The notes under the pieces were generated by a model. The model had not been told where the DNA came from and did no database searches. It saw nothing but the letters and a program-made list of their open reading frames with translations. Made by a program: the position numbers and the translations under genes. Shown here one piece after another: positions 26,409 through 38,100 of a stretch of DNA of 64,000 bases. Numbering within the stretch: position 1 is the stretch's first letter; every line of letters begins with the position of its first letter. This DNA is from a virus. Taxonomy: Duplodnaviria; Caudoviricetes. Location of the stretch: positions 282 through 64,281 of IMG/VR virus record IMGVR_UViG_3300017754_001396; one strand, given 5' to 3'.

Positions 26409-28907
26409 ATGGCTAGAAAGAAAATCAAAGATATATTCGCTGCTGATAATACTCAGAGTGCTGATGCTACTCAAGCTTCTACTCCGCCTGTAGAGAAAGA
26501 ATCTCGTAGGCAGAAAAAGAAGCGTCAAGCTAATATGACTCAAGAGCAAATACTTGCTGAGAGTGATAGAGAATTATTTGGAGATAAACTTGAGCCTAAT
26601 CTTTCTAGAAATAGTGTTCCTGATGTTATTCCCGAGGGAGAACCTAAAAGCGATAGGTATAAGACTGTAATAAGTAAAGGGCCAGAAAAAGAAAGGGTAG
26701 TAACTAGGACTAAGGAAGAAGAGGGAACTGGTAATGCTCTTCTTGGTGTTGTAAATAATAATACATCTGTTACTACTGGGGGTGATTTAATGGATAAGGC
26801 TATTGCTGACAATCCAGACATGACTTTTTCTGAAACACAAGAGCTTGCTGGTAAACTATCAGAAGTTGATAAGGTTAAGCCTGAAGTAGATGACGATGTT
26901 AATCAAGCAATAGGAGCAAAAGTAAATGAAGCTGTTTCAACTGCTATTAATAAAGGTGTTGTTGCTGGTGCAGGTGAAGACCTAGTAGAAGAGGGTGGAG
27001 ATATGGAGCAAGGTGGCGCTAATGTGCCAAATGCTCAAAGTCAAGCTCTTATGGGTATAGGTGGAGGAGGCTCTCCAGAAGGCACTCCTGAATACGAAGC
27101 TGTTGCTGATAAAGATAAAGTTCAAAGAGATATTGCTCAAGCAAATCAAATGGCTGCGGGTAGGGACGAGTATGTTCCTCAGGCTGTTGTTCAGCAACTT
27201 GGAGTGCAGGATTACTTCCCTACTATGAGTCGAGATATAGCTAAGGGTACTTGGACTGGTTCTGTATTAGGTAGTCAGACGATATATGCTGGAGGAGGTG
27301 CAGTCCTTCCTATGGGTCTTTATGATGCACGTAAGAGAGCATTGAATGAAGCTGCTAAGGAAAAACAAGCGAAGATAGATAAGTTACTTGAGCTTCCTAA
27401 TACTGCTGACCAATTTAACACTAGGTATCAGGACTATGGATATGAATTCATTAATAGTGAATTAGAAAGATTTGGAAGTTATTCAGCTATGGCCGCTGAC
27501 CCGGAGTTTAGGCGTAAGATGGCTCAATTCAAGAACATAGGTAAAGACATTGCTTATGTTGACAGGTGGGCTGACGGAAAAATAGAAGACTTAAATAAGG
27601 GTAAATGGATACCTCTAGATGTTAAGGAAAAACTATATGATTTCAAGTCTGGTATACTAGAGAATTTTGATGGCATAATGAGTGGAGATAAGCGAGCATC
27701 TGAGCTTGTTGGTTATCTCCGTTCCTATGAAAATGGTATATCTTGGATTGATGAAAATGCTGATACTTGGTTCTCTAAGGATATGATGGATGAGACTCCT
27801 ATTGGGGTTAATAAAAAAGCTATTGAGAAAGACCCTGAAGGATACAATCAATTTATTCAAGCTGTAGAAGATGGGTCTATTGACAACGATAGTTATGTTA
27901 CTGGAGCTAGAACATTCTTGGACTTATCAAAGATAGAGCCTAGAATAGACAATTGGATAAGAGGAAACAATGCGGACCCTGAAACAAAGGAGACGTTGGT
28001 ACAATACTTAACCAGTCTAATACCTAAAAAGGATGTTCTTGAATTTCATAGTATGGGTAATGATGCTACCGAAAGACGAGGTCAGGACTTGGCTCAAAAG
28101 CGATGGGCTGCTGAGTTTGAGCAAAGGAAGAAAGAGAATGAGACCTATTACCAATACATGAATCGTCAGATGAGTAGCGCTGATATGAATAACGATATCA
28201 TGGCTATAAAGAACAACAAGAGCTTATCTCCTAAACAAAAAATATTCGAGTTAAAGAAGATAGGTGATAAGTACGGAATTGGAACGCCTAATATTGATAA
28301 ATATTCGGGTGCAATTGTCTTTACTAGAAGACCTAGTGATAAGATGACGAGTGAGCCTAGGTCTACAAAAGATGGTAATAAGATTCAGCTTCAAGAATAT
28401 AACCCAGCGACAGGGAAATGGGATAAAAAAGTAGAGATGACTTTTGCTGAATATAAAGGCTTAAATGAAAAAAGGATTAAATACGGTGGAAAAAATAGGT
28501 ATTTACACCCTAATGGAGCTCCAGTTACTGTTAAGGAAGTTAAAGAGATTAGAAGTGCAGCAAGTACACAACTTGGTGTAACATCTTTAAATGCTACAAA
28601 AGGAATTTGGAATGATAGGACTAAGAGCTGGGAAACAATGACGGAAAAAAACTTCAATAATTATGACCCTAATAACTCAATAAACATTGAAAGGTTAGAA
28701 GGGAAAGTTCAGATTCCTATCAGAGATACAAAGACTGGACAAATAACATATAAAACCACAAATCTTCATATGGTTGACAGCAATAACATGAATACTCAAG
28801 GAGGCTCTACATCTTTGGATAGTTATTATGGTGCTACTGGTTCAAATCTAAAAGGTAATGTTCCTCAGAATAGCAGTACATCTTCTTCCACTACTACTTA
28901 TTGGTAA
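26409..28907 (+). CDS. internal virion/ejection protein
   Basis: 832 aa, disordered N-terminus, no Cys, in the cargo cluster. Confidence 0.55.
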   Translation: MARKKIKDIFAADNTQSADATQASTPPVEKESRRQKKKRQANMTQEQILAESDRELFGDKLEPNLSRNSVPDVIPEGEPKSDRYKTVISKGPEKERVVTRTKEEEGTGNALLGVVNNNTSVTTGGDLMDKAIADNPDMTFSETQELAGKLSEVDKVKPEVDDDVNQAIGAKVNEAVSTAINKGVVAGAGEDLVEEGGDMEQGGANVPNAQSQALMGIGGGGSPEGTPEYEAVADKDKVQRDIAQANQMAAGRDEYVPQAVVQQLGVQDYFPTMSRDIAKGTWTGSVLGSQTIYAGGGAVLPMGLYDARKRALNEAAKEKQAKIDKLLELPNTADQFNTRYQDYGYEFINSELERFGSYSAMAADPEFRRKMAQFKNIGKDIAYVDRWADGKIEDLNKGKWIPLDVKEKLYDFKSGILENFDGIMSGDKRASELVGYLRSYENGISWIDENADTWFSKDMMDETPIGVNKKAIEKDPEGYNQFIQAVEDGSIDNDSYVTGARTFLDLSKIEPRIDNWIRGNNADPETKETLVQYLTSLIPKKDVLEFHSMGNDATERRGQDLAQKRWAAEFEQRKKENETYYQYMNRQMSSADMNNDIMAIKNNKSLSPKQKIFELKKIGDKYGIGTPNIDKYSGAIVFTRRPSDKMTSEPRSTKDGNKIQLQEYNPATGKWDKKVEMTFAEYKGLNEKRIKYGGKNRYLHPNGAPVTVKEVKEIRSAASTQLGVTSLNATKGIWNDRTKSWETMTEKNFNNYDPNNSINIERLEGKVQIPIRDTKTGQITYKTTNLHMVDSNNMNTQGGSTSLDSYYGATGSNLKGNVPQNSSTSSSTTTYW

Positions 28908-28940
28908 AACAGGCTAATATACTTGTGTTGATTCTATTCT

Positions 28941-28948
28941 TATATTTG
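28941..28948 (+). promoter_or_regulatory. -7 box (TATATTTG)
   Basis: TAnnTTTG 18 nt before the ATG at 28967. Confidence 0.6.
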
Positions 28949-28966
28949 TAAGAAATACAATCTTAC

Positions 28967-31900
28967 ATGGCTGAGAATTTAATGGAGACACAGACTGGAG
29001 GAGCTGGTGATACTACACAGCTTGCTCCTGAAACACCTGTTACGCCCGAACAGTTTGACGTTCAATTACCTAATGTTGGTCAGCAACAAGAAACTGCTGC
29101 GCCTACACCTGCTGATAGTGAACCTCCTGCTACGCCTCCTGCTGCTCCACCTACTGAACCACCATCTCCTGTTGTACAACAATCTTTGCTTGATGTTGAG
29201 AATCAAGCTGAGGATGAACAAGCTGGAGCTGAATTGGAACAAGAGCAAGGACCATTAGTTTCTCAGTTACCATTTAGCGCTGCTAAACAACCTGTTGGCG
29301 CTGATGTTGGTTTTGTGGATTGGTTTTCTGGGGATGCTACTAAATCAATTGAGGACGAGGAGAATAAGGCTATAGAGATGCTCATGAATGAGGAGATGCC
29401 TCAGCCTAACATAATCACTCAGAATGAGATAGAGACTATTAACTCTCAAAAGGAAAGAAGTCCATTTGTATTAGATGGAATTGTTGTAGATGAAGGTGTA
29501 CAGCTTGGTGAGGATGAAGAAGGCGTTATGCCTTCCTTTGCTGTTGAGGACTCTGAAGAGGATGAGCGTTTTCAGGATTTTGTTCTTGATGGTATTGGGC
29601 CATCTGATGAAATGAGAGCTGCTGGATTAGACCCTAAAGAAAGAATACCTAAGGATTATACTCCTGCTCAATGGGCGGAGAAAAAGAAAGAGATTCAGAC
29701 TCAATACCCGGGATGGGATGTTGTCGTTAGTGACGATGGAAGTGGAGTGAAGGTTGTAAAGGAAGAAGTTAAGAAGCAACAACCAAAACCAGTAAGTAAG
29801 GGTGGTACTGTAAAGCAAGCTCCCAAGCAAAATGTAGTAAATCAGATACTTACATATCCTAAGAACCCGGGTTCTGATTATATGACTGATGGTACTCATT
29901 GGTACAAAAAGAAAAGCGGTACTAAAAATTGGCTTACTATTACCAATGATGGTTCTGTTACTACTCTGAATAATCATTTCAAGACCAATGTTCCTAAAGT
30001 AACAAAATACACATACCCTAATAAGCCGTATGAGTATGCTGTAGTTAAGGGGCATTGGAACATTAGAAAGAAAGGAGATACCAACTGGAAGATGATATAC
30101 GAGCCTGAGAGGATTAAAGTCCTTAATGGTAGTTTTAATAAAAAGCTTGGCGTTCCTGTTCAACTTAGCGAATCGCAAAAACAACTAAATAGAGCGGTTG
30201 CTGTTGCTAAGCAAGCCGGTATGAGCTTGAGTAGCCCTAAGATAGGCGCTGTTAGTACAGATAGCGAAGGGAATCCTATCACAGCTACATTTGGTCTTAC
30301 TTCTACAGGGGGCACTAATCTAGCTTCTGCTCCTGACTATGGAGGGTTATTCACTCCACAGCAAAGACCATCAATGCCTATTGTGCCTGCATCGACTCAA
30401 GAGAGATGGTCTAAAGAAAATATAGCTGGTCTTGAGAATCAAAGGAAGATTGAGCTTGATGCTATTAACAGGGGTGCTGGTACTCCACAAATGAAGCAGA
30501 AAGAGATTGCTTCAATTAATAAGAGATTTGATGCCCTAGTAAATAAAGAGAAATCTAATATACAGGGAGCTAAAGAATACGAGAAAGAGGCTACAAAGCA
30601 AGTATTTACTGCTCCACTTCCTGAAAAAGTAAAGAAAGAGATAGACCTTTCTGACCAAATAAATAAGCAGTTTGGAATCAACATCGCTAAGGATAATATT
30701 CCTTTACTTGATTTAAATTTAGGATTGGTTAACAAGATTACTGACCAACAAAAAGAAGAGACGCTTGATAGGGCTCAGAATTTTGCGGATAAAGATTTAG
30801 ATGCTTGGAGAAAAAGTCCTGAGGGTAAGATACTATCTGAAAGTCAATTTAATGAGCTTAAAGCAGCTCAAACAAATGTAAAGATGTCTCTTGGTCTTGG
30901 AGGGGATAAAGGAGATGTTTCTTTTGTTCAAGTAGGGAATCTAATGAAGCAGCTTCCAGCGATAGAGCAAAGCTATGCTATGGCTGTAAAAACAAACAAT
31001 GAAATAAATCAAGTCGCACTTGAAGGGAAGACAATTGATGAGTACTCACTAGATTATAAAAAGAAGTTTGTTAAGGAGATAGACTTAAATAATGAGGCAT
31101 TAGTTCATGCTAAAGATTTATTTAATGCTACTGCTGCCATACATGATTTTGTTTCTCCTTATATAAAGTCAGGAAAGGTAACAATTGACAAGAATGGGAT
31201 GTACCGAAAGGGCCCTAACATGAATGCTAATGAGAAAAAGTATTTTGATGAGAAGCTCGGTGGGTTATTACAAGCATACGATAAGGAAAAGAATACTTCA
31301 TACAATACGTATCAAGATGACATAAGGAATCTTAATGCCAAGAAGAAAGTGCTAAACGATATGCTTCAGAAGCAGCAAGGCGTTTTATTCTGGATGAAGA
31401 CAGACCCTGCGAGGAAAAATGAATATCAACTTGCTTTAAAAAGAGTAGAGGCTTTAAAGAAAAGAATATCGGATGTAGATAGTAAGATAGATGACTTTAG
31501 CAATAGCTCTAGGGCTTTCTTTTCTACTGATGCTAAATCTATTCTGTCTAGCACTTCTAGCTTTATGAAGAATAGTGATTTTAAGGCTATATATATGTCT
31601 GCAAACTCTAAGCTTACCCCTAAGCAGAAGTTTGATATATCCTATAAAACATTAGTAGAAGAGAATAAAAAATTAGCACTTCAGAATAATATAAACACTA
31701 GTTATCTTGATGCTGTTGGAGCTAGAGTCAGGTCTCTTCTTGATTGGAACACCCTTGGTATAGAGTTAACTGAGCCAGAGAAAAAATGGTTTGCTAACCA
31801 AAAAATCATTAATCAATTACGTCCTTTATTTCTTAATAACGAGAATGGCATTGTTGAGGAATCGGCTAGCTTTATGGAGTCATTCCAAGCTGGAATAAGA

Positions 31901-34690
31901 AATATTACTGTTGGCGAGGACATAGCTGGAGCTGAAGGTTATTATACAGGAACTTCTCAGGCTAGAACTATATCTGAACAAATAATAAATCTCGGATTTA
32001 ATAAAGAGGATTTAGCTAATCCTTTAGCTTTAAAAGACATTGAGCAAAGGAAGAATGTTAGCTGGATAAGTGCTGAGGGCGCTGGAGAAATAACAGCTCC
32101 TACAGCAATGCTTATAGCTGAGATAATGGTAACTAGACAGGTTGGTGCAAGTCTTATGGCATTAGGTAAAACTGTTGCTAATATGGCTAAGGTAGTTGAC
32201 GCTACTGGTGATGCTATAGGTTACGGAGATAAGATGTCTAAGCTATATAAGTCTTATGCTACTGTAATGCAGAATAGTAGATTAGGTAGATATACTTTTG
32301 ATGCTGTTGAGCAGGGAGTTTTATTTGAGGCTACAGGAGAGTTTTTTGGTAGGTCTGAGGATAACATGACTTTCTTACAAGGATTTGCTGGTTCTTTTGC
32401 TGGTTCAGCTATGGGTGACTTAATGAGTAAGATACCTGTAGGTAAAGCAATGCCTATAGTTCAGTCTATATTTGGAGATAAAACAGAACAGGCAATAAAT
32501 GTATTCAAGAAAGCCGGTCAGATAAATGCTAATGCTTTAGGTGAGACTTTTCAAGAGACTGCGGAAGAGCTTGCGGGTATCTATCAAAATAGATTAGAGG
32601 GAGAAGGATTCTTTGAAGCCGTATCTAATCAATTTGGTTCATTTGATGAGGTAATGAAATTTGTTGTCTCATCATATGTGATGGGTGCTGGGTTTGGTCT
32701 AGCAGTACCTAAGAAAGCTCAAGAGGCATATAACTCTATGAGTGAAGAAAAGAAGAAACAAATAGATGATACTGTTACCGCTGTACGTAAAGACTATGAG
32801 GACGCTAGCGCTGCTTATGATAACGCGGCACAAGTTCTAAAAGATGAAGTAGAAGTTGAGATAAATCTTAACGCTGAGCCAGAATCACAGGCTGACATAG
32901 ACTCTAAGCAAGAGAATGCTGGAATTCTATTAGGTGGCGAACCTACTCCTGAAGCAGAAGGTAAGATACAGGAAGGAGAAGTAACTGAAGCTGAAGTTGA
33001 ACAAAAGAAACAAGATGATACAGAAGACAAAACAGGGCTACCAAGTGAAGTCCGAGAAGGGGAAAAACCTGTCGAAGCCGAACCTTTCCCTGAAGCAAGC
33101 CAAGAAGAAGTTAGCCCTAGTGGAGTGGTTCAAGAAAAACAAGAAGTAGCACCTACAGAAGGAGGCTTACAATTTGAACTTCCTACAGCAGGTACTGAAG
33201 CTGAATTGACCCCTACGGAAGTAACAGAATCAACCCTTACTAGAGAGTTTGACCTTTCAGAGGAACAAGTCGTAGAAGAGGCAACAGAAGAGGTAGCCGA
33301 CATCATGGCTGACGAGAAGCTATCTGAGGAGCAAAAAGAAGAGAAGATAGATGAGGTAGTAGTAAAGACTAAGAAGAGAAAAACTGCTGCTAAGATGAGG
33401 GGTGGAGACATGAGTATATCCACAGAATCATCCAAAGAATTAAAGCAAGAAATCAAGGCTAAGGCTGAGCCTAAAGTAGAAGATAAAAAGGTAGAGAAGG
33501 AAGAGGCTAAAGGAGAAGTTAGAATGCCTAGCAAACCTAAACTATTTATTAGTGGTATCGCTAGAGGATTTGAGGATTTCTCAGGTGGTGAAGGTCCGGG
33601 AGATAGAAGAGACTTGTCTTCTGAGCTTGACTATCCTACTACTCCTAATACTCCAGCAAGAAGCAGAGGTGTCTTTGTAAGAGATATAAACGGTAAGAAA
33701 TATGTAATTGCCGTATCAAACACAGATGCTAACGGAAATAGAATTAGAGAGGTAGCTGGCAATAGACCGGGACATTTACAAGTAGCTGTTGAGGTTGATA
33801 AAAACGCTTCTAAAGAGGAGATAAATGATGCTGTTAACTACGTTGGTAAAGCAATGGGTATGATGCTTCCTAATGTACGTAACGGACAAATAAACTCTGG
33901 TCTAGTAAAAGAATCTGCAAAAGGTATAGAGGGGAGGGTTGCTTCATCAATTCTTGAGTCTAAGGTTAAAGAAAGAAAGGCTAAGAAAGAGGAAGCTCCT
34001 GCTAAGACTGAAGAAAAAACAGATATAGAAAAAGGAGCTGATTTGCTTTCATCTATGACTGAAGAGGAAAGAGATAATTTCATAGATGATTGGTATAATG
34101 ATAGAATACCTAGAGAATCATTACCGGGGGGAAATGATGCTGTGTTGTTAAATGAAGCTAGAAAAATTGCTTCTAAACCTATGTCAAAGCCTAAAAGAGT
34201 TAATATTGACAATGCATTTCAACTAAGCAATGAATATGGTTTTGTAATGAATATAGATGGTGAGGTTTATGGGCTTTACAAAATTGAAGACCCTGATGCC
34301 ACATCAGATGCTGAAGATAGATATGGAGACCCAAAAGAATATGTTTGGGCTTATAAAAACCTAAGAGACGGAACTGGAAATGAAACATATTTATCTGATA
34401 TAAACGACCTAATTGATGATATAAGGTCAAATAAAAAAGCTAAGGCTGAAGCACCCACTGAGACTAAAACTGAAACTCCTGTTGAAGCTGAAGCTAAAGC
34501 AAATCCATTCGAAGACCTACCTAGCATCAAGGGTCTACCATCTCGTTCACCTAAGAGAAAACAGGCAATAGCAGACTTTGATTCTAAACATGGAGAAGGT
34601 GCTTATGAGCGAGTTTCAAAAATAGATGCTAAATTTGGGGAAATAACTAAAAAGTTGGAAGAGAACAAAGTAATCAAAAAAGATTGTTAA
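28967..34690 (+). CDS. giant internal virion/ejection protein
   Basis: 1907 aa; P/E-rich disordered segments; glycine-zipper hydrophobic region (QGFAGSFAGSAMG; VMGAGFGLAV); single Cys as the last residue. Confidence 0.6.
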   Translation: MAENLMETQTGGAGDTTQLAPETPVTPEQFDVQLPNVGQQQETAAPTPADSEPPATPPAAPPTEPPSPVVQQSLLDVENQAEDEQAGAELEQEQGPLVSQLPFSAAKQPVGADVGFVDWFSGDATKSIEDEENKAIEMLMNEEMPQPNIITQNEIETINSQKERSPFVLDGIVVDEGVQLGEDEEGVMPSFAVEDSEEDERFQDFVLDGIGPSDEMRAAGLDPKERIPKDYTPAQWAEKKKEIQTQYPGWDVVVSDDGSGVKVVKEEVKKQQPKPVSKGGTVKQAPKQNVVNQILTYPKNPGSDYMTDGTHWYKKKSGTKNWLTITNDGSVTTLNNHFKTNVPKVTKYTYPNKPYEYAVVKGHWNIRKKGDTNWKMIYEPERIKVLNGSFNKKLGVPVQLSESQKQLNRAVAVAKQAGMSLSSPKIGAVSTDSEGNPITATFGLTSTGGTNLASAPDYGGLFTPQQRPSMPIVPASTQERWSKENIAGLENQRKIELDAINRGAGTPQMKQKEIASINKRFDALVNKEKSNIQGAKEYEKEATKQVFTAPLPEKVKKEIDLSDQINKQFGINIAKDNIPLLDLNLGLVNKITDQQKEETLDRAQNFADKDLDAWRKSPEGKILSESQFNELKAAQTNVKMSLGLGGDKGDVSFVQVGNLMKQLPAIEQSYAMAVKTNNEINQVALEGKTIDEYSLDYKKKFVKEIDLNNEALVHAKDLFNATAAIHDFVSPYIKSGKVTIDKNGMYRKGPNMNANEKKYFDEKLGGLLQAYDKEKNTSYNTYQDDIRNLNAKKKVLNDMLQKQQGVLFWMKTDPARKNEYQLALKRVEALKKRISDVDSKIDDFSNSSRAFFSTDAKSILSSTSSFMKNSDFKAIYMSANSKLTPKQKFDISYKTLVEENKKLALQNNINTSYLDAVGARVRSLLDWNTLGIELTEPEKKWFANQKIINQLRPLFLNNENGIVEESASFMESFQAGIRNITVGEDIAGAEGYYTGTSQARTISEQIINLGFNKEDLANPLALKDIEQRKNVSWISAEGAGEITAPTAMLIAEIMVTRQVGASLMALGKTVANMAKVVDATGDAIGYGDKMSKLYKSYATVMQNSRLGRYTFDAVEQGVLFEATGEFFGRSEDNMTFLQGFAGSFAGSAMGDLMSKIPVGKAMPIVQSIFGDKTEQAINVFKKAGQINANALGETFQETAEELAGIYQNRLEGEGFFEAVSNQFGSFDEVMKFVVSSYVMGAGFGLAVPKKAQEAYNSMSEEKKKQIDDTVTAVRKDYEDASAAYDNAAQVLKDEVEVEINLNAEPESQADIDSKQENAGILLGGEPTPEAEGKIQEGEVTEAEVEQKKQDDTEDKTGLPSEVREGEKPVEAEPFPEASQEEVSPSGVVQEKQEVAPTEGGLQFELPTAGTEAELTPTEVTESTLTREFDLSEEQVVEEATEEVADIMADEKLSEEQKEEKIDEVVVKTKKRKTAAKMRGGDMSISTESSKELKQEIKAKAEPKVEDKKVEKEEAKGEVRMPSKPKLFISGIARGFEDFSGGEGPGDRRDLSSELDYPTTPNTPARSRGVFVRDINGKKYVIAVSNTDANGNRIREVAGNRPGHLQVAVEVDKNASKEEINDAVNYVGKAMGMMLPNVRNGQINSGLVKESAKGIEGRVASSILESKVKERKAKKEEAPAKTEEKTDIEKGADLLSSMTEEERDNFIDDWYNDRIPRESLPGGNDAVLLNEARKIASKPMSKPKRVNIDNAFQLSNEYGFVMNIDGEVYGLYKIEDPDATSDAEDRYGDPKEYVWAYKNLRDGTGNETYLSDINDLIDDIRSNKKAKAEAPTETKTETPVEAEAKANPFEDLPSIKGLPSRSPKRKQAIADFDSKHGEGAYERVSKIDAKFGEITKKLEENKVIKKDC

Positions 34691-34691
34691 T

Positions 34692-35159
34692 ATGAAACAG
34701 ATTTTAAAGTCAGAAGAAATCAACATGATAAATGAACTTGGTAATGCGGAACTTACTGCTAGCCAAGCTTATTTACACTTATCCATTATGATGAAGAACC
34801 TAGGGTTCTTTGGAGCTGAGAAATACTTCTTAGAGGAATCAAACTCTGAGAGAGAGCATTACGGAAAGCTAAATGACTTCATGAATGACATGGGTGAGGC
34901 TATAGCTGTAATGGGATTAGAAGCACAAACAGTTGACGTGAGCAACCTAATGGAGGCTCTTGAGTTTGCTTATGATATGGAGCTAGACTTACTAACTAAG
35001 TACGAAGAGGCGTATGATAAGTCAAGTCCTAAAATGAAAGTGTTATTTCATGAGTTTATAGGTATTCAGACAAATAGCGTTGGTGAATACGGAGATTTAA
35101 TTGCTAGGTTAGAGTTAACTCAGGAACCTATTTTGATTGACCAAGAACTAGGAAAGTAA
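34692..35159 (+). CDS. ftn: ferritin (non-haem, FtnA-like)
   Basis: E20, Y27, E53, H56, E97, Q126 align with FtnA ferroxidase ligands E17, Y24, E50, H53, E94, Q127. Confidence 0.85.
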   Translation: MKQILKSEEINMINELGNAELTASQAYLHLSIMMKNLGFFGAEKYFLEESNSEREHYGKLNDFMNDMGEAIAVMGLEAQTVDVSNLMEALEFAYDMELDLLTKYEEAYDKSSPKMKVLFHEFIGIQTNSVGEYGDLIARLELTQEPILIDQELGK

Positions 35160-35160
35160 T

Positions 35161-38100
35161 ATGGCTAAACCTTGTAACTACCAATTAGCTGGGGAAGACA
35201 CATGGATGTCGGAATCAGATTTTAAGCAAAGACTTAATGAAGGCTTATTGGATAAGCTTCTTATTGATAATAACATTAAGATACCGGGAATAAAACCTGT
35301 TAAAGAATCTGCTCCCCGTGCAGTTGAGCAGACTGCGCCTAGCTCTTCGGTGGCGGCTCAAGAGAGAGAAGCCGCTGCTGTTGATGCTAGAAAATCAATA
35401 CCTAAGCAATTCAACGAAGGTTATGTAGAGGTAGAGGGCAAGGAAAAAGGTAAAGCATACAAGGGTTACTCTATTAAAGTAAACGAAGGCAACAAAACTG
35501 CTGACATAAAACTTCCTAATGGTAAGGAAATGAAGAATCAGCCTATCCTTCAGTTTGAGGGGTTGATGGCTGACGAAAGTCCATTGTATGTTAGAGCTGA
35601 TGGTGGTACGTCAATACGCATTCCTAGTCAAGCCGAACTTGATGCTAAGGCTGAGAAGCAAGCAATGGTAGAAGAGGAGAAGAAAGCCACTAAAGAGAAC
35701 AGGGACTTACGCAGGAAAAACATTGATGGTTTTGAAGAATTAGAAAGCAAAGCCGCCCTTGATATGGCTAAGAAACTTAGATTCAGTCCTAATGAATTCA
35801 CTGGAGATGAGATTATTGGTGAAGTAGAAGGACTTACTGAGTTTGATGAGAAGGTAACAGTTAACGGAAAAACTTACGGAACTGATAAGAATAAGTCAGT
35901 TACTAGGGTAATAGAGAAGTTAGAAGACTCAAAACAAATATCTGCTAAAGAAGCGGAGATATTACAGAAAGCATTTGATGCTAAAAAAGATGCGTACTGG
36001 AGGGCTAAAAACAACAAAACCAAGGAAGACATCAAGGATAAGATTGATAAGATGGCTGAGGAGCTTAAAAAGCCCAAAGGAACTAAGTCTACAATTAATC
36101 CATTTGACTTCTTACCTCAGAGTATTAAGAATAAAGCAATTGACTTATTTAGGGATTTATTGAAAAAAGGCGTTGATGCTTCTTTTGCTTTTAGAGAAGC
36201 TGTATATAATGCTATGATTCCAGAGATACAAGCTGGAAGAATGACTATTGAGGAAGGTAATGAGCTTGAGACAAAAATGCTTGAAAACCTTAAAGACGCT
36301 AGGGAACTAGATGAATATACTGAAATAGAGATGCAAAGGCCTGATTTAAGGACTCAGGTTAAATATAGGACTGAAGCTCAAAAGAAAATGACAAGAGAGC
36401 TTACCAAGAAGAGGCCAAAAAATAATGAAGAGCTTACCTTATTAGCTAGACAATTCATGAATGATGGATTGATAGAGCCTAAGAGAGATATAATAGACCC
36501 TGTTATAAGTGGAGAAAGAGACTTGTATATGAGTCCACTTAACGAGATAGAACAGGCTATACTAAGATTATATGGTAGAGACCTAGAGGATAGCATGACT
36601 GAAGTAAATAGGAAGTCAATAAAGGCGGTTCAGGAGGGGAAGCCTACTAGAATATATGATGATGAGAGGGCAAAAATAGAATCTGATATAACATCCTATG
36701 TTGATGTAATGCTTGATGACTCTTTAATTACTGGTAGGTTGTTTAGCTTTAGAAGAGAACTTGAAACATCAAGAATGACGTTTGAAGAAATGATGATTAA
36801 AGCTCAGTCTAAAGCAACAAATTCTAATGGAATTCTAAGTGAGGAAACAAAGCAAAAGTTTAAAGACATAGCTGATAAGTTTGCTGAGGTAGAAAGGCAA
36901 CTCAAAATAAAAGAAGCAGAAGTTATGAATGCAGCCGAGAATGAGGCTGTTCAAAATATAGTTGATGATGTCAACGAAAATGGAGCTGATGTAGAACCGG
37001 AAACAAAAAACATAAAAGAAAAAGCAAAGAAGATAGCTGAAAATCTACGTAGAAATAAAATACACAGACCGGGAATGTTCCTTATGGCAACACCCGGGTC
37101 ATTAGCTTTTGACGCTGCCGTTGAGGCTGCTGCTACTGCGATAGAAGCCTCTGGAAGTGTTATTAATGCGGTAAATAAAGCCTTACAGTCTTTGAAGAAT
37201 GGTGATTGGTATAAATCACTTTCTGATGAAAAGAAGGAGGAGGCTGAGAAACAATTATCAAATTATATAAAAGGTTACTCAGGTGAAATGATTTCTTCTT
37301 CTGATGGAAGTCTTAAAATACCAATGTCTTTAGTAAGGAATCTTGTTGCTAGTGGTGTTGATACTATTGAGGGATTGGTTGATAAAGTAAGAGAGGAATT
37401 AGAATTCACAAATCCAGAGCTGTCGTTTACTGATAGGCAAATAAGAGATGCTATAACTGGATACGGCAATTTCATTAAACCTCCTAAGAGTGAACTAGTT
37501 AAAAAGATAGCTGACTTGAAAAGTGTCGGGAGGATGATTTCCACACTTGAAGATTTAAGAAATGGAATTAGAAAATCTAAGAAGCCAGCTGAGGTAAAAG
37601 AACTTAAAGAGCAAGAAAGATATTTAAAAGGCCAGATAAGAGCTATTCTTAATACAATTCCTGTAAGTGCTGAAGATGAGATAATTATAAGAAACTCAAG
37701 GTTAAATGCTCTCAAAAATGAACGTAGGAATAGAATAGATGAGCTTGAGAGAGCTAAGGCAGAAGGAAGAAGACCTGAAAGAAGAAGAAGGGCTCAGCCT
37801 GTATCTGATGCTACCACAGAAAGATTACAAAACAGAATAGACGAGCTTGAAGATGAGATAAACCAATTCCCTTATACTGAGGAAGAGCTTGAAGAGATAG
37901 AAGCTCAAAGATTAAAACAATACAAAAACACCCAAAGGAGAGCAATAAAAGAGCTTGAAAGAAAACTCAAAGAGGGCGATTTTTCAAAAAAGACACCGAA
38001 GTCTCTTGAGCTGGATGAAGAAGCTACTGAATTAAGGAATAGAAGGCAAAGACTTAGAGATGAGTTTGAAGCCGAAGTAGAGGCAATAGAATTAAAAAAT

